Assembly (NCBI GenBank): GCA_002269645.1 | Contig: NIVC01001723.1 | Location: 1-64,000, forward strand | Direction of reading: 5' to 3' | Origin: Macrostomum lignano | Lineage: Eukaryota | DNA: 64,000 nt | In this document: positions 1-13,166 of the stretch, piece by piece | Numbering within the stretch: the stretch's first letter is position 1 | Layout: each line of letters opens with the position of its first letter | Program-made: the position numbers and the translations under genes | Notes under the pieces: model-generated | The model's input: only the letters and a program-made list of their open reading frames with translations | The model's database searches: none | What the model was told of the DNA's origin: nothing

Positions 1-3000
1 AAGATGCCGAGGGCTGGCTGGGCGGCGACGCGGAACACCGCCGTTCTGTGGGCACAGCCAGGATTGACGCGTTGTCAAACCGGAAGCCGGCTCCGCTGGC
101 GCTGAATCCTGCCAACATCGCTGGGACATGCCGCGCGCAGAATTGTCACATTACTGTCGTCACCACTGTTGGAAGGCGATCTAACAACGATGCTAAACGT
201 ATGGTTCGATCGGTCGCCTGTCGCATTACTGCCGGGTCGTCGATTACAAATAGGAAACTATCTCGACCGCTTGGTGAAACATTGGTGCTTCGATATTCCA
301 CCATGCTGGAATTCAAATCGGTTTGGCTGAAGGTGTCGTCAGGTCCGAGGCCGACGGATCTGGAGGCGCACCAATATGCCATGCTTGGGCAAAGAAATCA
401 AACGGTAGTGCGGTTCTGGACGGGTGGTAACAGCACTGCGCCCGGTCGTCATCAATAAATTTTCTGGTCCTATGTTGGCCGCCGAATGAGCCGCGAGAGA
501 CAATGGAACCGATTTCAGAAGCCGAGGAGGTGGCACAGATGGAGACAGGGGTAGAAGTCGAACGAACCAGCTGCTGGAAGCTACTTGGTTGTCCCAAGCA
601 GCATTGAGTTGTATCAAAATGTCAACCGGTTCGCTACAGCAACTAGCATTAAACACTATAAGCCCAGTCGCTATGTCTGATGCTAGCAACTCCGTCGCCA
701 CAGCCGACGAATTTTGTTCGCCTTTCTTACAGAGCTTCCAGCAACTGCCATTCGGACGAATCGCCTGAAGACTGGCTGAAGGAGGCTGCGTACCAAATAC
801 GCGAACCTTGACATCAGTCTCCGCTATGCTAACAGTCGATCCAACCTCTAATCAGTCGGGTTCGTTATCAACTGAAGCGGAGAATGTGGACTTGAAGAAC
901 TAGGCAGAACTTGAATTTCCAAGCGAGCCAACGAAGCCGAGAATTTTCCATCTTCTGGACGAACTGAGCTTGCTCAACAGAAACTCCTGAGTTACCTTCC
1001 TCTAAGTTGCCAGTGAGAGGTGGCACATGGACAAACAGTCGGTTGAGTTGCACATCCCGTTGCGTGATTTTCTCGCCGAGCCTAAGCGGTGTCAAATTCA
1101 AGCGGGTGTGCCGCGACCAACTCAGCAATGTCGAAGCCACAAGCAGTTGAGCTCTGCTAGGAAGCTGTACAAGCGATAGTGTCAAGTTATCCTTTGGCGT
1201 ATCTCGATCTCTAATTAGCAAGTGGCGCTCGGTTACGGGCACTGTCTCTCCTGGTCTTAGTTGCAGTCTGTCTGTTGGCTCTACTAGCCTAGGCGGTAAA
1301 TCGTTGGTTGTAATGATGGAGATGCGGCATTTTCGGACTACACGATACACTGGGTCCCTGGCCTCGATAACAAAGCTATCAGAAAGTGAGGTCACGTCCT
1401 GATCCTGCTTATAAACCAGGCTCATGTTTCCTGCAAGTTCGCTCATGGTGAAGTCACGATTTGCATTCAAAGTCACCTGCTCAGCGGTTTCTGTGCTCAG
1501 CCAATGACGGTACAGCGTGCCAATTTCCGGCAGGTCGACGATCTTCAGTTTAATATCTTCTTCGGGTTTGTCGGCGTCGCTCACAGACAGAATCAAAGTG
1601 TCGAGGATGCGTGTTTCACCTTTTTGAATTGAGAAATCAGACAGGAAAAGACACGGTGGCTCATCTGTCACGGGGTAGATAACAACCCTGACGGGCACAG
1701 AAGTAGAGTCTCGGCGACCATCAGATGCGCGAATTCCAAATGTGTCATTGGTGTGCTCAACGCCGCAATGCTGCGTATGAACGAAGAAAACGTGGCCGTC
1801 TGTTAGCTGCCGTTTGGTGAACTCGAGCACCGTAGTCTCGCTCCCGCTATGGCTGTAAATTATTTTAGAGCGCAAATTAAGAACCATTGATCAATATGAA
1901 AGAAAGGAATACGAGATAAAGTTAATCTTACGGCTGCTTCAATCGGATTTCCCGTATCGGGTGGCTGCGACACAGATAGCTGCAGATCTTCCGCCGGCGT
2001 GTCTGGATCAGTCGCTCGGATCAGGTTGCCAGTAAGTACCGAGCGGCCGCCCTCCGGTACCAGCAGGTGAATGCCCTCGGACACCATGGGTCCCTTGTTG
2101 TCCACAGGCAGAATCGATATGTTCAAGCTGTGCGTTAGCCATTCGCCGTTGTTATATATGTACAGTTGACAAGTGTCCGTCACCGAATCGGGACCGATTT
2201 CCCCGCCTGTGTGTTGGTAGATAACCCGGCCAGAGCTGAGATCTTCGTGACTAAACTGACTGACGCTGCTAGTCGAAATGGTGCCCCCAGCCAGGGCAAT
2301 TTCACCGCGGGTTGGATGTGTCCCAACCAGGTAAGCTGTTGATCCGACGCTGACGCGACCTTGTATAGCCCTTGGCAGCATTTCAGGCGACAAGCGAACT
2401 TGACCACCTTCCGGTACGAGCACCGTGTTGTTGACGAACCCGGCCACAGTTTCGCTGGTCTCCTCCAGTTGCGGCTGCTCCTGTTCTCGTTGATGCTGAG
2501 ATGGGGCATTTTGTACTGGCATTGGCTCCAGTGGCTCGCTGACGTTGATGCTAATAGTACAGTTTGGACCGAAATTTTTGCCATCAGTTGCTTGCACGGA
2601 GAAGGAATCTTGACTCACAGTTGAACCGTTATGTCGATACCTGAGATTGAAGCAATGGCAAGTTGAGTGCTGCTTAAGTGTTTTGCTTAGATTTTATTAT
2701 TGAGACCGGCATCTGACGGACAAGAAGCAGACAGCTAATTATTTCTGGATTTTTATGGTCGGAAAGAAAACAGAAGAGCCAAGCACTTGGTGCAGTGGAT
2801 CCTAATTTAGCGTCACATAGTTACGCAACCACTCAATAAAGGTTTGAGTATTTTTATCGCTGCTTGGCATCAAATTCTTAGGTTTGCTCCTTAGCAAGGC
2901 GCACATGCTATTTCTGCTGTGAATCGTTTTTTGCCTTCCTCATAATTTAGTTGCTCGACAGTAGCTGACCCAACTGGGCAAACAGGGTCAGCTTCGCTTA

Positions 3001-6000
3001 CACTTAAGTCTGCCAGCAGTCCACGCCCCTCCCACGATATTATTTGAGCCATACCAGATTGAGCTTGAGTAATTCTGAGTGTGTTTGCGCACCATTGAGT
3101 GTGCCTGGCTCAAGTGGTCCCTACTCAAGTGGTCTATAGCGACCGCTTTCATATTTTCTTTCCCACTGTCTACAAGCCTCATGAGGCTTGAGGAGACGTA
3201 CTTGGCTCATGACAGCAGGTGATCTCTTCTGCCACTCGTCTTACCTCGAATACTTCATTTTTGGGGCGGGCAATCCGAGAGACAACTGGAGATAGCGAAA
3301 GAAATATTCAAGCCAATGAAATTCAGCTACTTGGCAAGCAGTGAAAGGAAAGCGCACGCAAAGGCTTGCAGAATTGCTGGGAAACTAGGAGACGATGAGT
3401 TTTTAATTCTATGCTGTTGTTTCGGCATAACGGTCTCGCTTGAACTAGCATGGTGCGTTTGTTTCGAATTAAGCAATGACTCAATTCCATGTCTTGGTCT
3501 TTTATAAAAATGATCAAACTACCATTAAATTTGTTTTCAACCATGCACAGTACTTACTGGATGCTGCGTTGTCGAACACGGCCAACATTGAAGCGTTGTC
3601 CGACTTTCAACACCGTCCCCTCTTGAACTAGTTGGCCATAGCGAGGGCCTCTGACCAGTATCAGTTCGAGTCGCTCCGGCCCAGTATCACTGTCCGTCGC
3701 AATCAACTGATGCCCATCTAATGAAGTATGACTGTTTCGTGTTACGGAGGCAACCGCGCCAAAGGCGCTGCTGTTGCTACAGATTCGAAGTCTCGGCTTC
3801 ATATCATCGACCGCTCGAACAAAAAACGACAGCTTGTGCGGCAGTGCGCGATTCCGATTGAAGTCGAGCGGCTGTAGCAACATTTCAACAGGCCTGCCCG
3901 AAGAACAACGTCTTCTAACGGTGGTACATACCTCACATAGCCATTGTTAATGTCTTCCTGGCTGAACCAAGTCAGTGTTGCGATCTCCTGAATCTTTGTC
4001 GAGGACGAAGACAATCGTCGAGCATCAATCAGACGTCCGGCATCTAGGCTAAGGTTGGCTCCGATAGTAGTGAAATGCGGCTGGAGCAGCACCTCGTATC
4101 CGATTTGACTTGGCGACAAGCCGACTGTCTCATAGTTGAGAATGCTTCTATTGATTCGAAGACCCTCTCGTTGCGTTTCTGGCAGGGAAAGAATCACACG
4201 ATGACGAATAGACTTATTTTCCAAGGTGGCCTTGGGCTGAATAACGATTTGTATCACTAATTCAGTTAAATCGGATTGACCGATCTGGCGGATTTTCAAT
4301 GAATCCATTTCAGTTATTGAATCTCCATTATTAACGTAGCAAATTGTTCTGGTGAACAAATCTGCAAGTGTGAACTGCTCGACAGAACCAACTCTTCCCG
4401 ATGGTGTTGTCTTGGTTGTTAGCTCAGACATGATAAGACTACCTGCGACTGGCTGTTGTGTAACTCTGTACTGCAGCTGCACCCCATCTGCCAATAGATA
4501 TTTTAGGACACTCTCATTAATTGCTTCCTCTCCAATGCAAAGCGTTCCAGATGGCGTCAACCGGTATCTTATTCGAGATTTTAGTGAAGACGCAGCGTCC
4601 CAGTTTCGAACAACACGGATTGGAAACTGAAAGGAGACACGGATGCCTCGAAAGACGGCGCGCAATCCGATGCTATCGTGTCTTGGCAAGTTGCCGTTGT
4701 GTATATAGGCGATGCGAAACTTCCAGAAGCGAGCCAGCCTTCTAGAGTTAAAAGAACGCAGTGGCGCGCCGTTTATTGTAAGACGACCGCTGTAGGGATC
4801 GCGTTTAACACGAAAACGTACAGTTTCGGACCAGCTGGCGCTTTGCAGATTGTGCGGTCGGAGCAAAGCAGTTCCGCCTGTACAGACTCGCATGGGGCTC
4901 GTGAACAGCTGCAGGTGCCTGTGCTGCACTCTGCTGACCAGCTGCAGTGTTACTTCAGGACCCACTCGCAACAGGGTGTCAATAGGTCTGAGTCGAAGAT
5001 GAAATTGAATCCTGTCAGCTGAAGTGACGCCAAGTACTTGAAGAGCGATATGGCCAGAGCGGAGGTCTGCCAGCTCGAAGCCATCCAGAGGGATGGATCC
5101 AGGGCTCTCTGATATCGACGAGGGTAACGTTAAGACCTGTAGATGCAACGACTGTGAACTCCAGTAGCTGCACAACTAGATTAGTGACGTTAGCTGAAAA
5201 CTAAATTTTTCGGCAGAGTGGCTGGCAGACCGCCTGAGTACGAAATATCAAAATACCGGTGTGGGAGCGCAAAGTCGGTAAAGGCAGCGAAGCCGCATCC
5301 GTGGTTGGTGTCAAACGGATGCTCAGATAGATGTTTTCATACAGCGTCTCCGATGCGCTGGCACCGAACCGCAGCACTTTCACAGATACCGGCAGATAGT
5401 CGAACTCAAGTCCTACTTTGGTGCCGATCCTTTCATATTTGTACGCCGACAGTAGGAACAGGTGACAGTCAAGCCGGAACTCCTGCATCACTTGTTCGCG
5501 ATCATTCAGCAGCCGACCAGCCAGTGGCCAATGCCTGAAGGTGCGCCATTCCCGTCGATGCTCAATTGTACACCTCTCAGTCTGGGGATCGTAGGCAAAT
5601 CTGATCGCATTAGAACTGATCGGCTGTGTGCGGCCTCTGGAGCCGTGAACGGCGAGGGGCTCAGGCCCAGCCAGCAAGAGTCTACGACCTTCAGATGCAC
5701 TTTTAGAGAGATTTACTCGAACCTCCAGCCTCAGTGGCAATACTATTGTGTTGTTCTTTCCAAAGAAATACTGCACTTGTAGGCGCACAGAGTCACGGAC
5801 GCTGAACGGTGATCCTTCGTGCTCGTAATAGACATCACCGTCTCCGAAGAAGCAGTCGAATACCTGAAAGTTATGCCGCATTTTGAATTTGAGACACAGG
5901 ATTGCTTTAAATCAGGGGTCGGCGAGCTCCTGCCCGAGGGCCACATGCGGCCCGCGAAGCCTCTTTAAATCGGCCTATGGGACCTTTGAAATTTTCACTC

Positions 6001-6726
6001 TTCGCTCTTCTTTCTAATCTCTAATTTCTTCTCTTCTCCTCTTCTCTCCTCTCATCTCCTCTCTTCCTTATTTATTCTCTCGCGTCTCTCTCTTCTCTCT
6101 TCTCTATTCATTCTCCTCTCTCCCCGGCCCGCACTCATTCTCTAGGTCAGGGATCGGCAAACTTTTTTACCTCAAGGGCCAAATAGAGAACCCAGCGCAG
6201 ATTGTGGGCCAGAGGAGGGGGAGAGATGAAGGAAAAGAGAAGAAAGATAGGAGAATGGAGATAAGGTGAAGGAATAAAGAAGAGAAGAGAGTAGAGACAA
6301 GGAGCTAAGAAGAGACACAAGCCTTGAGCGGGCCGGATTGCTTTTGGGAAGATTCAAAGAGCCGGATAGAGAGGCTTTGCGGGCCGTATGTGGCAGGAGT
6401 TTGCTGACCCCTGCTTTAAATTTTCGGTTAATAAATAGTAACACATGCGTATAACTAACCTTGGGTTTCACCTGACCGACAGTCTGACTGAGACAGTCGG
6501 ATCCGTCGACCTCAACTTTGCAAACGCCGTCACGGGCAGCCTCATTAACCATTAGATGGCTGAAGCGACTCAGATTGGTGCGCCTGCCCTGCGCGACCTC
6601 GATTGGCCGCCTTGGACCGTCGGCCAGCACGCGAGGCAGCCGGTAGCGGTCGGTCTCGGAGCTGGCAGCGAGCAGCGCCCACCAGCAGCATAGGGAAATG
6701 GCAACTAGTACCCGGTGGCTGGCCAT
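1..6726 (-). CDS. FREM: FREM/FRAS1-family extracellular matrix protein (signal peptide, Frem N-terminal region, CSPG/cadherin-like repeats); 3' end beyond the window; several apparent frameshifts
   Basis: Exons: 6726-6460 (signal MASHRVLVAISLCCWWALLAASS, donor AAG|GTTAGT); 5863-~5234 (KPK|VFDCF junction, 3' donor uncertain); 5136-3558; 2640-1932 (SIQ|YRHNGSTVSQDSFSVQATDG); 1852 to the left edge. Repeated CSPG-type motifs such as DSFxFxxSDG, PVDNxxP and LRATDxDT. Confidence 0.85.
5913..6413. mobile_element. hAT (Charlie-like) non-autonomous composite MITE in FREM intron 1
   Basis: Termini CAGGGGTCGGCGAGCTCCTGCC and GGCAGGAGTTTGCTGACCCCTG are inverted repeats. Identical 8-bp TSD CTTTAAAT at 5905-5912 and 6414-6421. 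An internal second left end (CAGGGATCGGCAAAC) lies near 6148. Confidence 0.85.
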
Positions 6727-8834
6727 CGCGACCAGGAACGGGTGCCGGAAGTTCTGTGGCTAAGGGGTTATATGTTCCTTCTTGAGCATTGAATTTGTTT
6801 GCTTTGCGCTCAATATTATATCGGACTGATGTTAGTACTGATGCACTCCAATTGGTCAGTTGATCTAGACCAATGGGCCCATCTCATAAATTTTTCGAGT
6901 GTTGCTTCACAATAAGAGAGCGTCTAGAGCGTTTTTCTCCCGTTATAACTACGACAACTTTCATTGCTACTATCAGTAATAACTACTGTTCAGCTTTGCA
7001 AATTTTTTTCTGCAAGTTAGCAAAATACGGTTTTAAATACAAAACTAGCATCGCATTTTGCTTTGGATGCGTAAAGCTATATTTTCTTGATGAAAAAATC
7101 CGGTCTTACTTCCGGTTTCTGACAGAAGGCGTTGATATGCATACCGGATGCAAACTAAACGAACAGAGCTAAAGCACAAAATCTGAACCCGACTGAAAGC
7201 CGAGAATTATGAAGGTTATGAGGCTAGTTAACGAATTTGCTTAAATAAAAGCTTCAATTGAAACGCAAGCTACCTAACTCTGTCTTGCCCGTGTCAGTTG
7301 GCTCAATACATTTATCTATACTATACAGAAAAGCCTATAGAGCTCGGAAATTCGGCAGAATAGACAGCCTAAAAGAGGCAAAGCAAAGAGATCAGATAGG
7401 CAAGACGGATCCAATTAAAAGATCAAAAAGGCTTGAGGCAAGTCAGACAATAGAAGCCAGAAAGCAAGCACAACAATGTAGGTCACAGCGACGAATAGCA
7501 AGAATATAGAAGCCCCTATCCATTCCAGATTAAGACAAAAGCAAGGCGGTTGACACGCGAAGGCAGCCAGGCGGAAAATATTAATGAGCACGACGAATGC
7601 CTGGACCGCAGGTGACCAACCCAAGGAGCGTGGCAACCGAAAGAGCTGTCTCAGCCATCCTGGCAAGTTAAATCTTTGTATCAATTTGTGCTGCAAGTTG
7701 ATTACACTGAGTAAACCGCGATCTCAGATTTTAAGCCCTCTCTAAAAGTGCAGCAGTCACTATGCTAGGCAAGCTCTGGAGTTCGAATACCCGTAGAAAG
7801 TAGATCGATGTTAAGAAGGTTAAGAAGGAAATGAAAAAAATTGAAAGGCTTACAAAGTTTGGATCCTTTGGAATTATCTTCGAAGAGAAATCGGAGAAAT
7901 CGGAGCGGTACACAGCCGTGGAGTGTTGAACTAAAAGAGCTTGTTCGAGAACGGAGAGTCACACTGAGGCTTGTTTAAGTATACGTGACCCCATACAACC
8001 CAAAACCATTTTCTACAGCTGTCAATATTTAGCGCAAATTTTTCCTGTGTCAATATGCCACTGACTGTTAGACCCAGTATTGTGTGTTTTTATTCCTTAG
8101 ATGAAGCACTAAACTTCATTGAGCCATTAGAGAAGAAGTCAAGTAGTTGAGAATTTTACACAGCTAGGTAGAGAGCTATCAAGCCTTCGTCAAGTTTTTT
8201 AACTCAACACTGAAATTTTCTGCACCCCGCAGCTGAGACTAGCATCGCATTGTCGTATTGGGTTTGTAAAGCTAAGAACTCAGTTGAGTCAAGAATCTTT
8301 GGACTTGGTCTGCCGTCCTTCTCTCTATAACTACGAGCGTATTGAAGAAAGTCTAGATTTCTTTGATTCATTAGTTTTATTTAATTAATATAGGTAAAAA
8401 ATAGTACATAGGTGACCAACGAAGGCAGAGCTGATGCAGACACTTGTGGTCGATGTGCTGATGAAGAGAGGCTTGGCAAGGCTGCACAAAGTTGCAGTAC
8501 TGATTGGCGCACGGGGGTTGCATTGAATACACTTGCGCTTATGGAAAAAATCCGACCTTCTGGCAGAATCGTCGAATATCTCAACGGTCGGGAGGGTTGG
8601 CGACTTGGTTCTTCTTTGAGAAAGTGCGCAACAGAAAGTCAGCTCGAGTTCTGGAATTTCTGCGTGCATCCTTGTACGACCTCATCTTTGATATACTAGC
8701 GCCGTTCTTGCTTCCAGCATTTGGTGTGCTAGCAATGAGCAGTTCTCAACTAGGCAAAGAGCACCACAATCTTATATCATAGTCACAAACTCCAATGCCT
8801 ACCTTCGCCAGTAGATTGACTTCCACGTTGCTAG

Positions 8835-9336
8835 AGAGGACAGAAGGGAGAGGAGAGGAGAAGAGAGAGGGGAGAGGAGAGAGAAGAGAATAATAGAGGG
8901 GAGAGGAGAGAAGAGAGGGGAGAGGAAAAAAGAGAGGGTAGTGGAGAGAAAACAAGGGAGAGGAGAGAAGAGAGAGGGGAGAGGAGAGGAGAGAAGAGAG
9001 AGGGGAGAGGAGAGGAGAGAGAGGGGAGAGGAGAGGAGAGAGAGGGGAGAGGAGAGGAGAGAGAGGGGAGAGGAGAGAAGAGAGAGGGGAGAGGAGAGAA
9101 GAGAGAGGGGAGAGGGGAGGAGAGAGAGGGGAGAGGGGAGGAGAGAGAGGGGAGAGGAGAGAAGAGAAAGGAGAGGAGAGAAGAGAGGGGAGAGGAGAGA
9201 AGAAAAGGGAGAGGAGGAGAAGAGAGGGGAGAGGAGAGGAGAGAGAGGAGAGGAGAGAAGAGAAAGGAGAGGAGAGAAGAGAGGGGAGAGGAGAGAAGAG
9301 AGGGGAGAGAAGAGAGAGGAGAGAAGAGAGGGGAGA

Positions 9337-9370
<34 letters not shown>

Positions 9371-9403
9371 GAGAGAAGAGAGAGGAGAGAAGAGAGGGGA
9401 GAC

Positions 9404-9468
<65 letters not shown>

Positions 9469-9469
9469 C

Positions 9470-9501
<32 letters not shown>

Positions 9502-9502
9502 C

Positions 9503-9533
<31 letters not shown>

Positions 9534-9612
9534 GGGAGAAAAGAGAACAGGAGAGAAAAGAAAGGATAGAGAAGCACATGTGGCCCGTGGACCAATGTTT
9601 GCCGACCCCCTG
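8835..9612. mobile_element. Left-truncated copy of the same hAT MITE family with an expanded GA-rich core
   Basis: About 700 bp of polypurine (GGAGA/GAGAA-type units) ending in CACATGTGGCCCG...TTTGCCGACCCCCTG, matching the right end of the 5913-6413 element. Confidence 0.65.
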
Positions 9613-9930
9613 ATTTAGGGCGCCAAAATGAGTCTTAGATGAAGCAAAAATCAGTACAGTACTGACAAACACCTGTACCCAAAATACGGTAATATAGGGA
9701 CTTTTTGTTTTTGATTCCTGGAATCGTACCCCCTAAACAATCATGAAATCCCTGGCGACGCTCCAGTTTCAGCTGTTTACGAGTAAAATTGCAGCCAAAT
9801 TTAGCAGCAACATCTGCTTCTCCGAGCACAGCTGGCCGGATGCATTTAGGTAGGCGGTTTTGATTGCTTATAATTAATGTTTACCTTGACAGGATAGCAG
9901 AATAATGCCGAATATCATCCGAGAAGAAGG

Positions 9931-10105
9931 GTGAGTCTCAAGTCTCAGTTCCATGCCGGAATCCGCATTGAATTCGACTCGGGCAGCGATGATTGGCCGC
10001 TGCCTACGAATCACTCGGCAGGCGCGTGAATTCTGACTGCATTTAAGCGGAGCAGTGGACTGGCCTCGGGACTGCGAATTTAATGCCTCACTGTCGCAAC
10101 TACAG
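9931..10105 (+). other. Probable 5'-UTR intron of the secreted peptide gene
   Basis: Donor AAGG|GTGAGT at 9931; acceptor ACTACAG| at 10105, five nt before the ATG. Confidence 0.5.
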
Positions 10106-10110
10106 CTAAC

Positions 10111-10468
10111 ATGAAGATTCTATTGGTTGCTATCACCATCTGTCTGTTGGTCTTTGCTGCTACTAGCGCCTCAGCTATTAGCAGGAACCGTCCTCTAGTG
10201 CAGCCGGTTGCCAAGGCGGATCACCTGGCTATCAAGCGACTGGCCAACAGAGTCACTTGTAAGCCGAGCCGTACTAAAGCCGAAGATTCAGTTCAGAAAA
10301 ATCAAGTGAATTCAACACTCTCTCTCCTTGCTTATGCTTTCAGACAGCTGGACATTCGTCTGCAACCTTTACTGCAGGATACTGGGCGGCCGATACTCCC
10401 GGCGCTGCGTCCGCAACTATGCCACCACGGTCTTGGCCGAACGTTGTCCCTGCTTCTGCTATAAATAA
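10111..10468 (+). CDS. Secreted Cys-rich cationic peptide precursor (macin/CS-alpha-beta defensin-like), two coding exons, 90 aa
   Basis: Exon 10111-10258 (signal MKILLVAITICLLVFAATSASA, propeptide ending KR), donor T|GTAAGC, 85-bp intron, acceptor TTTCAG|, exon 10344-10468. The phase-1 join gives LANRVTYSWTFVCNLYCRILGGRYSRRCVRNYATTVLAERCPCFCYK-stop. Confidence 0.7.
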
Positions 10469-11021
10469 CTAATTGGGTAGTGATGTGGCGAATGCCATAG
10501 TTCGCGTTCACGATCGAAGCAATGATTATAAAACTTTTGTTGTGATTAGAAGGTCTGCAAGCCCGATTGCCCGCTTTAAAACTTTGAAATAGACCAAGTT
10601 TTTTAATCCAACATTCGGGAACAACAACAAAATGAGCAAAATCTGTGAAATTTTGGCTTTCGAAGGCTTTATTTAACGGTAACTTGGAAGTCAGTGAAAA
10701 ATTGAAAAATTGAAAAAAAATATTCTACTGCAATTACAGGGAGAAATATTTTATGCCGGAACATTCATATAACTTTTCATTGTTGACATTGTCTGACAAA
10801 CAAAAATTTTATTCAACGAATTCCTTTCAATATCACCCTATATCAGCCTATGTAGAACTAACTGAATGTGGAACCACAGATCATGTACATCACCTGTTCA
10901 GCAATTTTACACGTATTATAACTAATTGGAATTGGAATTCTTTAAAAACAATGCTTGCAACAGAAATCATAGGAACAAAACAATTTTTGCAAATAAACTT
11001 AAAGGGTTTCACCTAGATTGC

Positions 11022-11660
11022 ATGTACAGTACATGGTAACACCAGACAAAAGTACATGGTATCACCAGACACAAGTACATGGTATCACCAGACACAAGTA
11101 CATGGTATCACCAGACACAAGTACATGGTATCACCAGACACAAGTACATGGTATCACCAGACACAAGTACATAGTATCACCAGACACAAGTACATGGTAT
11201 CACTGCACCAGACACAAGTACATGGTATCACCAGACACAAGTACATGGTCTCACTGCACCAGACACAAGTACATGGTATCACTGCACCAGACACAAGTAC
11301 ATGGTATCACTGCACCAGACACAAGTACATGGTATCACCAGACACAAGTACATGAGATCACCAGACACAAGTACATGGTATCACTGCACCAGACACAAGT
11401 ACATGGTATCACCAGACACAAGTACATGGTCTCACTGCACCAGACACAAGTACATGGTATCACCAGACACAAGTACATGGTCTCACTGCACCAGACACAA
11501 GTACATGGTATCACTGCACCAGACACAAGTACATGGTATCACTGCACCAGACACAAGTACATGGTATCACCAGACACAAGTACATGGTATCACCAGACAC
11601 AAGTACATGGTATCACCAGACACAAGTACATTGTATCACTGCACCAGACACAAGTACATG
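11022..11660. repeat. Minisatellite with 23/28-bp units ACCAGACACAAGTACATGGTATC(ACTGC)
   Basis: Direct tandem periodicity; the ORFs here are repeat artefacts. Confidence 0.95.
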
Positions 11661-12117
11661 TAAGAACAACTAAAAAACTAGCCTCAAATAAAAAATACGC
11701 GAATAACACGACCGAGAAGACGTGAGAAAGCAAGACAACCATCACAGAATCATTCATTACAAAAACTCAATCATCTTCAAAAAAGCACCTGACAATCCTA
11801 TTAAGAGTTAAAAGTGAGTATGCATTCCTAAAAAATCATAGAAAAAAAAATCAGTTCTGTACAAAAATGATTTCGGAAACTAAATCAGCTCGCACTACTT
11901 AACCGCGTGCTCATTACAAAAGGCATAAAAAATCTGCGGGTCTGACAAACTTAGCTTTTAAGATAATTTCTACAGACTTTTGATACGCAAGCAAATAACA
12001 GCAGAATCAGAAAATACCTCACTACAGTTAGCGCTGTCTACAAAGCTTTTTAACACATTACATGCACACTGAATCAACACCATAATTGACTTCTGAGAGA
12101 TCACGCTCTCCAGTACC

Positions 12118-12918
12118 GTTACGGCCATGGACATTTCGCCCCCAGACCATTTCGCCCATAATCCGTTTCGCCCTTAAACCAGTAATTGGCTATAGGCGTT
12201 TCGGCCAAAATGGTGATTATGTAATTTAGAGATTCAGCCATACATGTATCTTTATTTTCTTGTTTTTAATGCTAATTTTTAGTTTTATTGTGTAATAAAA
12301 GATGATCTGAATTGTTTCTACAACGATTGTGTTATTGCGTTATCGCGATTTTGTTTATTACGATTGTGAATTATTATGAGTTTTTTCTTAGTCATTCCTT
12401 TCAAAATTGCGACAATTAAAGCAAATTTGAACAATCAGAGGGTGAGGAAGGGTTTGGCCTGGAATGAATTGAATTGAATTGAAGTTACGATAACAAGTAT
12501 AATTATTTCTCAGTCAGTCAGTAATGCAATACACTACTATTCTCTTTTCTTTTACTTTTAAGTTACTTCTCTAAGTTGTGGGCATTCGTTGCCACCTTTG
12601 CCAAACTGGGGCAATTGGAGGCGAAACGGTCCATGGCCGAAATGGTCTATGGGCGAAACGGTCTGTGGCACGGGCGTATAGCCAGGAATTTCTCACGGGG
12701 GGATGCAGGGATGAGTAGCTGCTGCTACTTGTACTTGCTGGCCTAATGGGCAGTTCACAGGAAAATTAAGCGCCATAAATCAATTTCTTACACCCACCAA
12801 CCAGGCCCACGGGGGATATATCCCCGAACCCCCCCCCTTGGTCCGTGGGCGAAATGGTCTGGGAGCGAAGTGTCCATGGCCGAAACAGTTTGTGTGGGCG
12901 AAACGACCGGTTACCCAT
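12118..12918. mobile_element. MITE-like relic with inverted subterminal motif arrays (ATTTCGCCC / GGGCGAAA), containing a nested Harbinger-like piece near 12668-12845
   Basis: TTACGGCCATGGACATTTCGCCCCAGACCATTTCGCCCA near 12119 is inverted at about 12846-12893. The nested piece starts GGGCGTATAGCCAGGAATTT. Confidence 0.55.
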
Positions 12919-13166
12919 TTTAAAATGTATTATTTGCTGCTACTGTTACTAAAAACATTCGCTTTGGTAATAATACTTCAAAAACCGAAATAATTAGACT
13001 GTTACTGGCTGAAAAGTATTGTTTTGTCTGAGCCAATTTACACTTAACTGCCTACTACTTTACTGCCCCCGCCCGTTCGCTCATGGCGGCCGCTTGCATG
13101 GTAGCACCGTAGCTGTGATATGAGCATGCAAAATTAAATTTGAAGGCAGACAATTTCACCCACAAG

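Noticed and set aside
7200-8000. Short ORFs upstream of the FREM-like gene
   Set aside because: No recognisable motifs or consistent splice pattern.
8385-8780. Possible piggyBac-like Cys-rich C-terminus (KRKCIQCNPRAP...) on the minus strand
   Set aside because: Needs several frameshifts; no DDD core or TTAA termini found.
8746-9672. Long Leu/Ser/Pro and Glu/Arg/Gly ORFs
   Set aside because: Translations of the GA/CT microsatellite core of a MITE.
10111-10464. 117-aa unspliced ORF from the track
   Set aside because: Reads through a strong GTAAGC donor and pyrimidine-rich acceptor; the spliced version gives a more coherent product.
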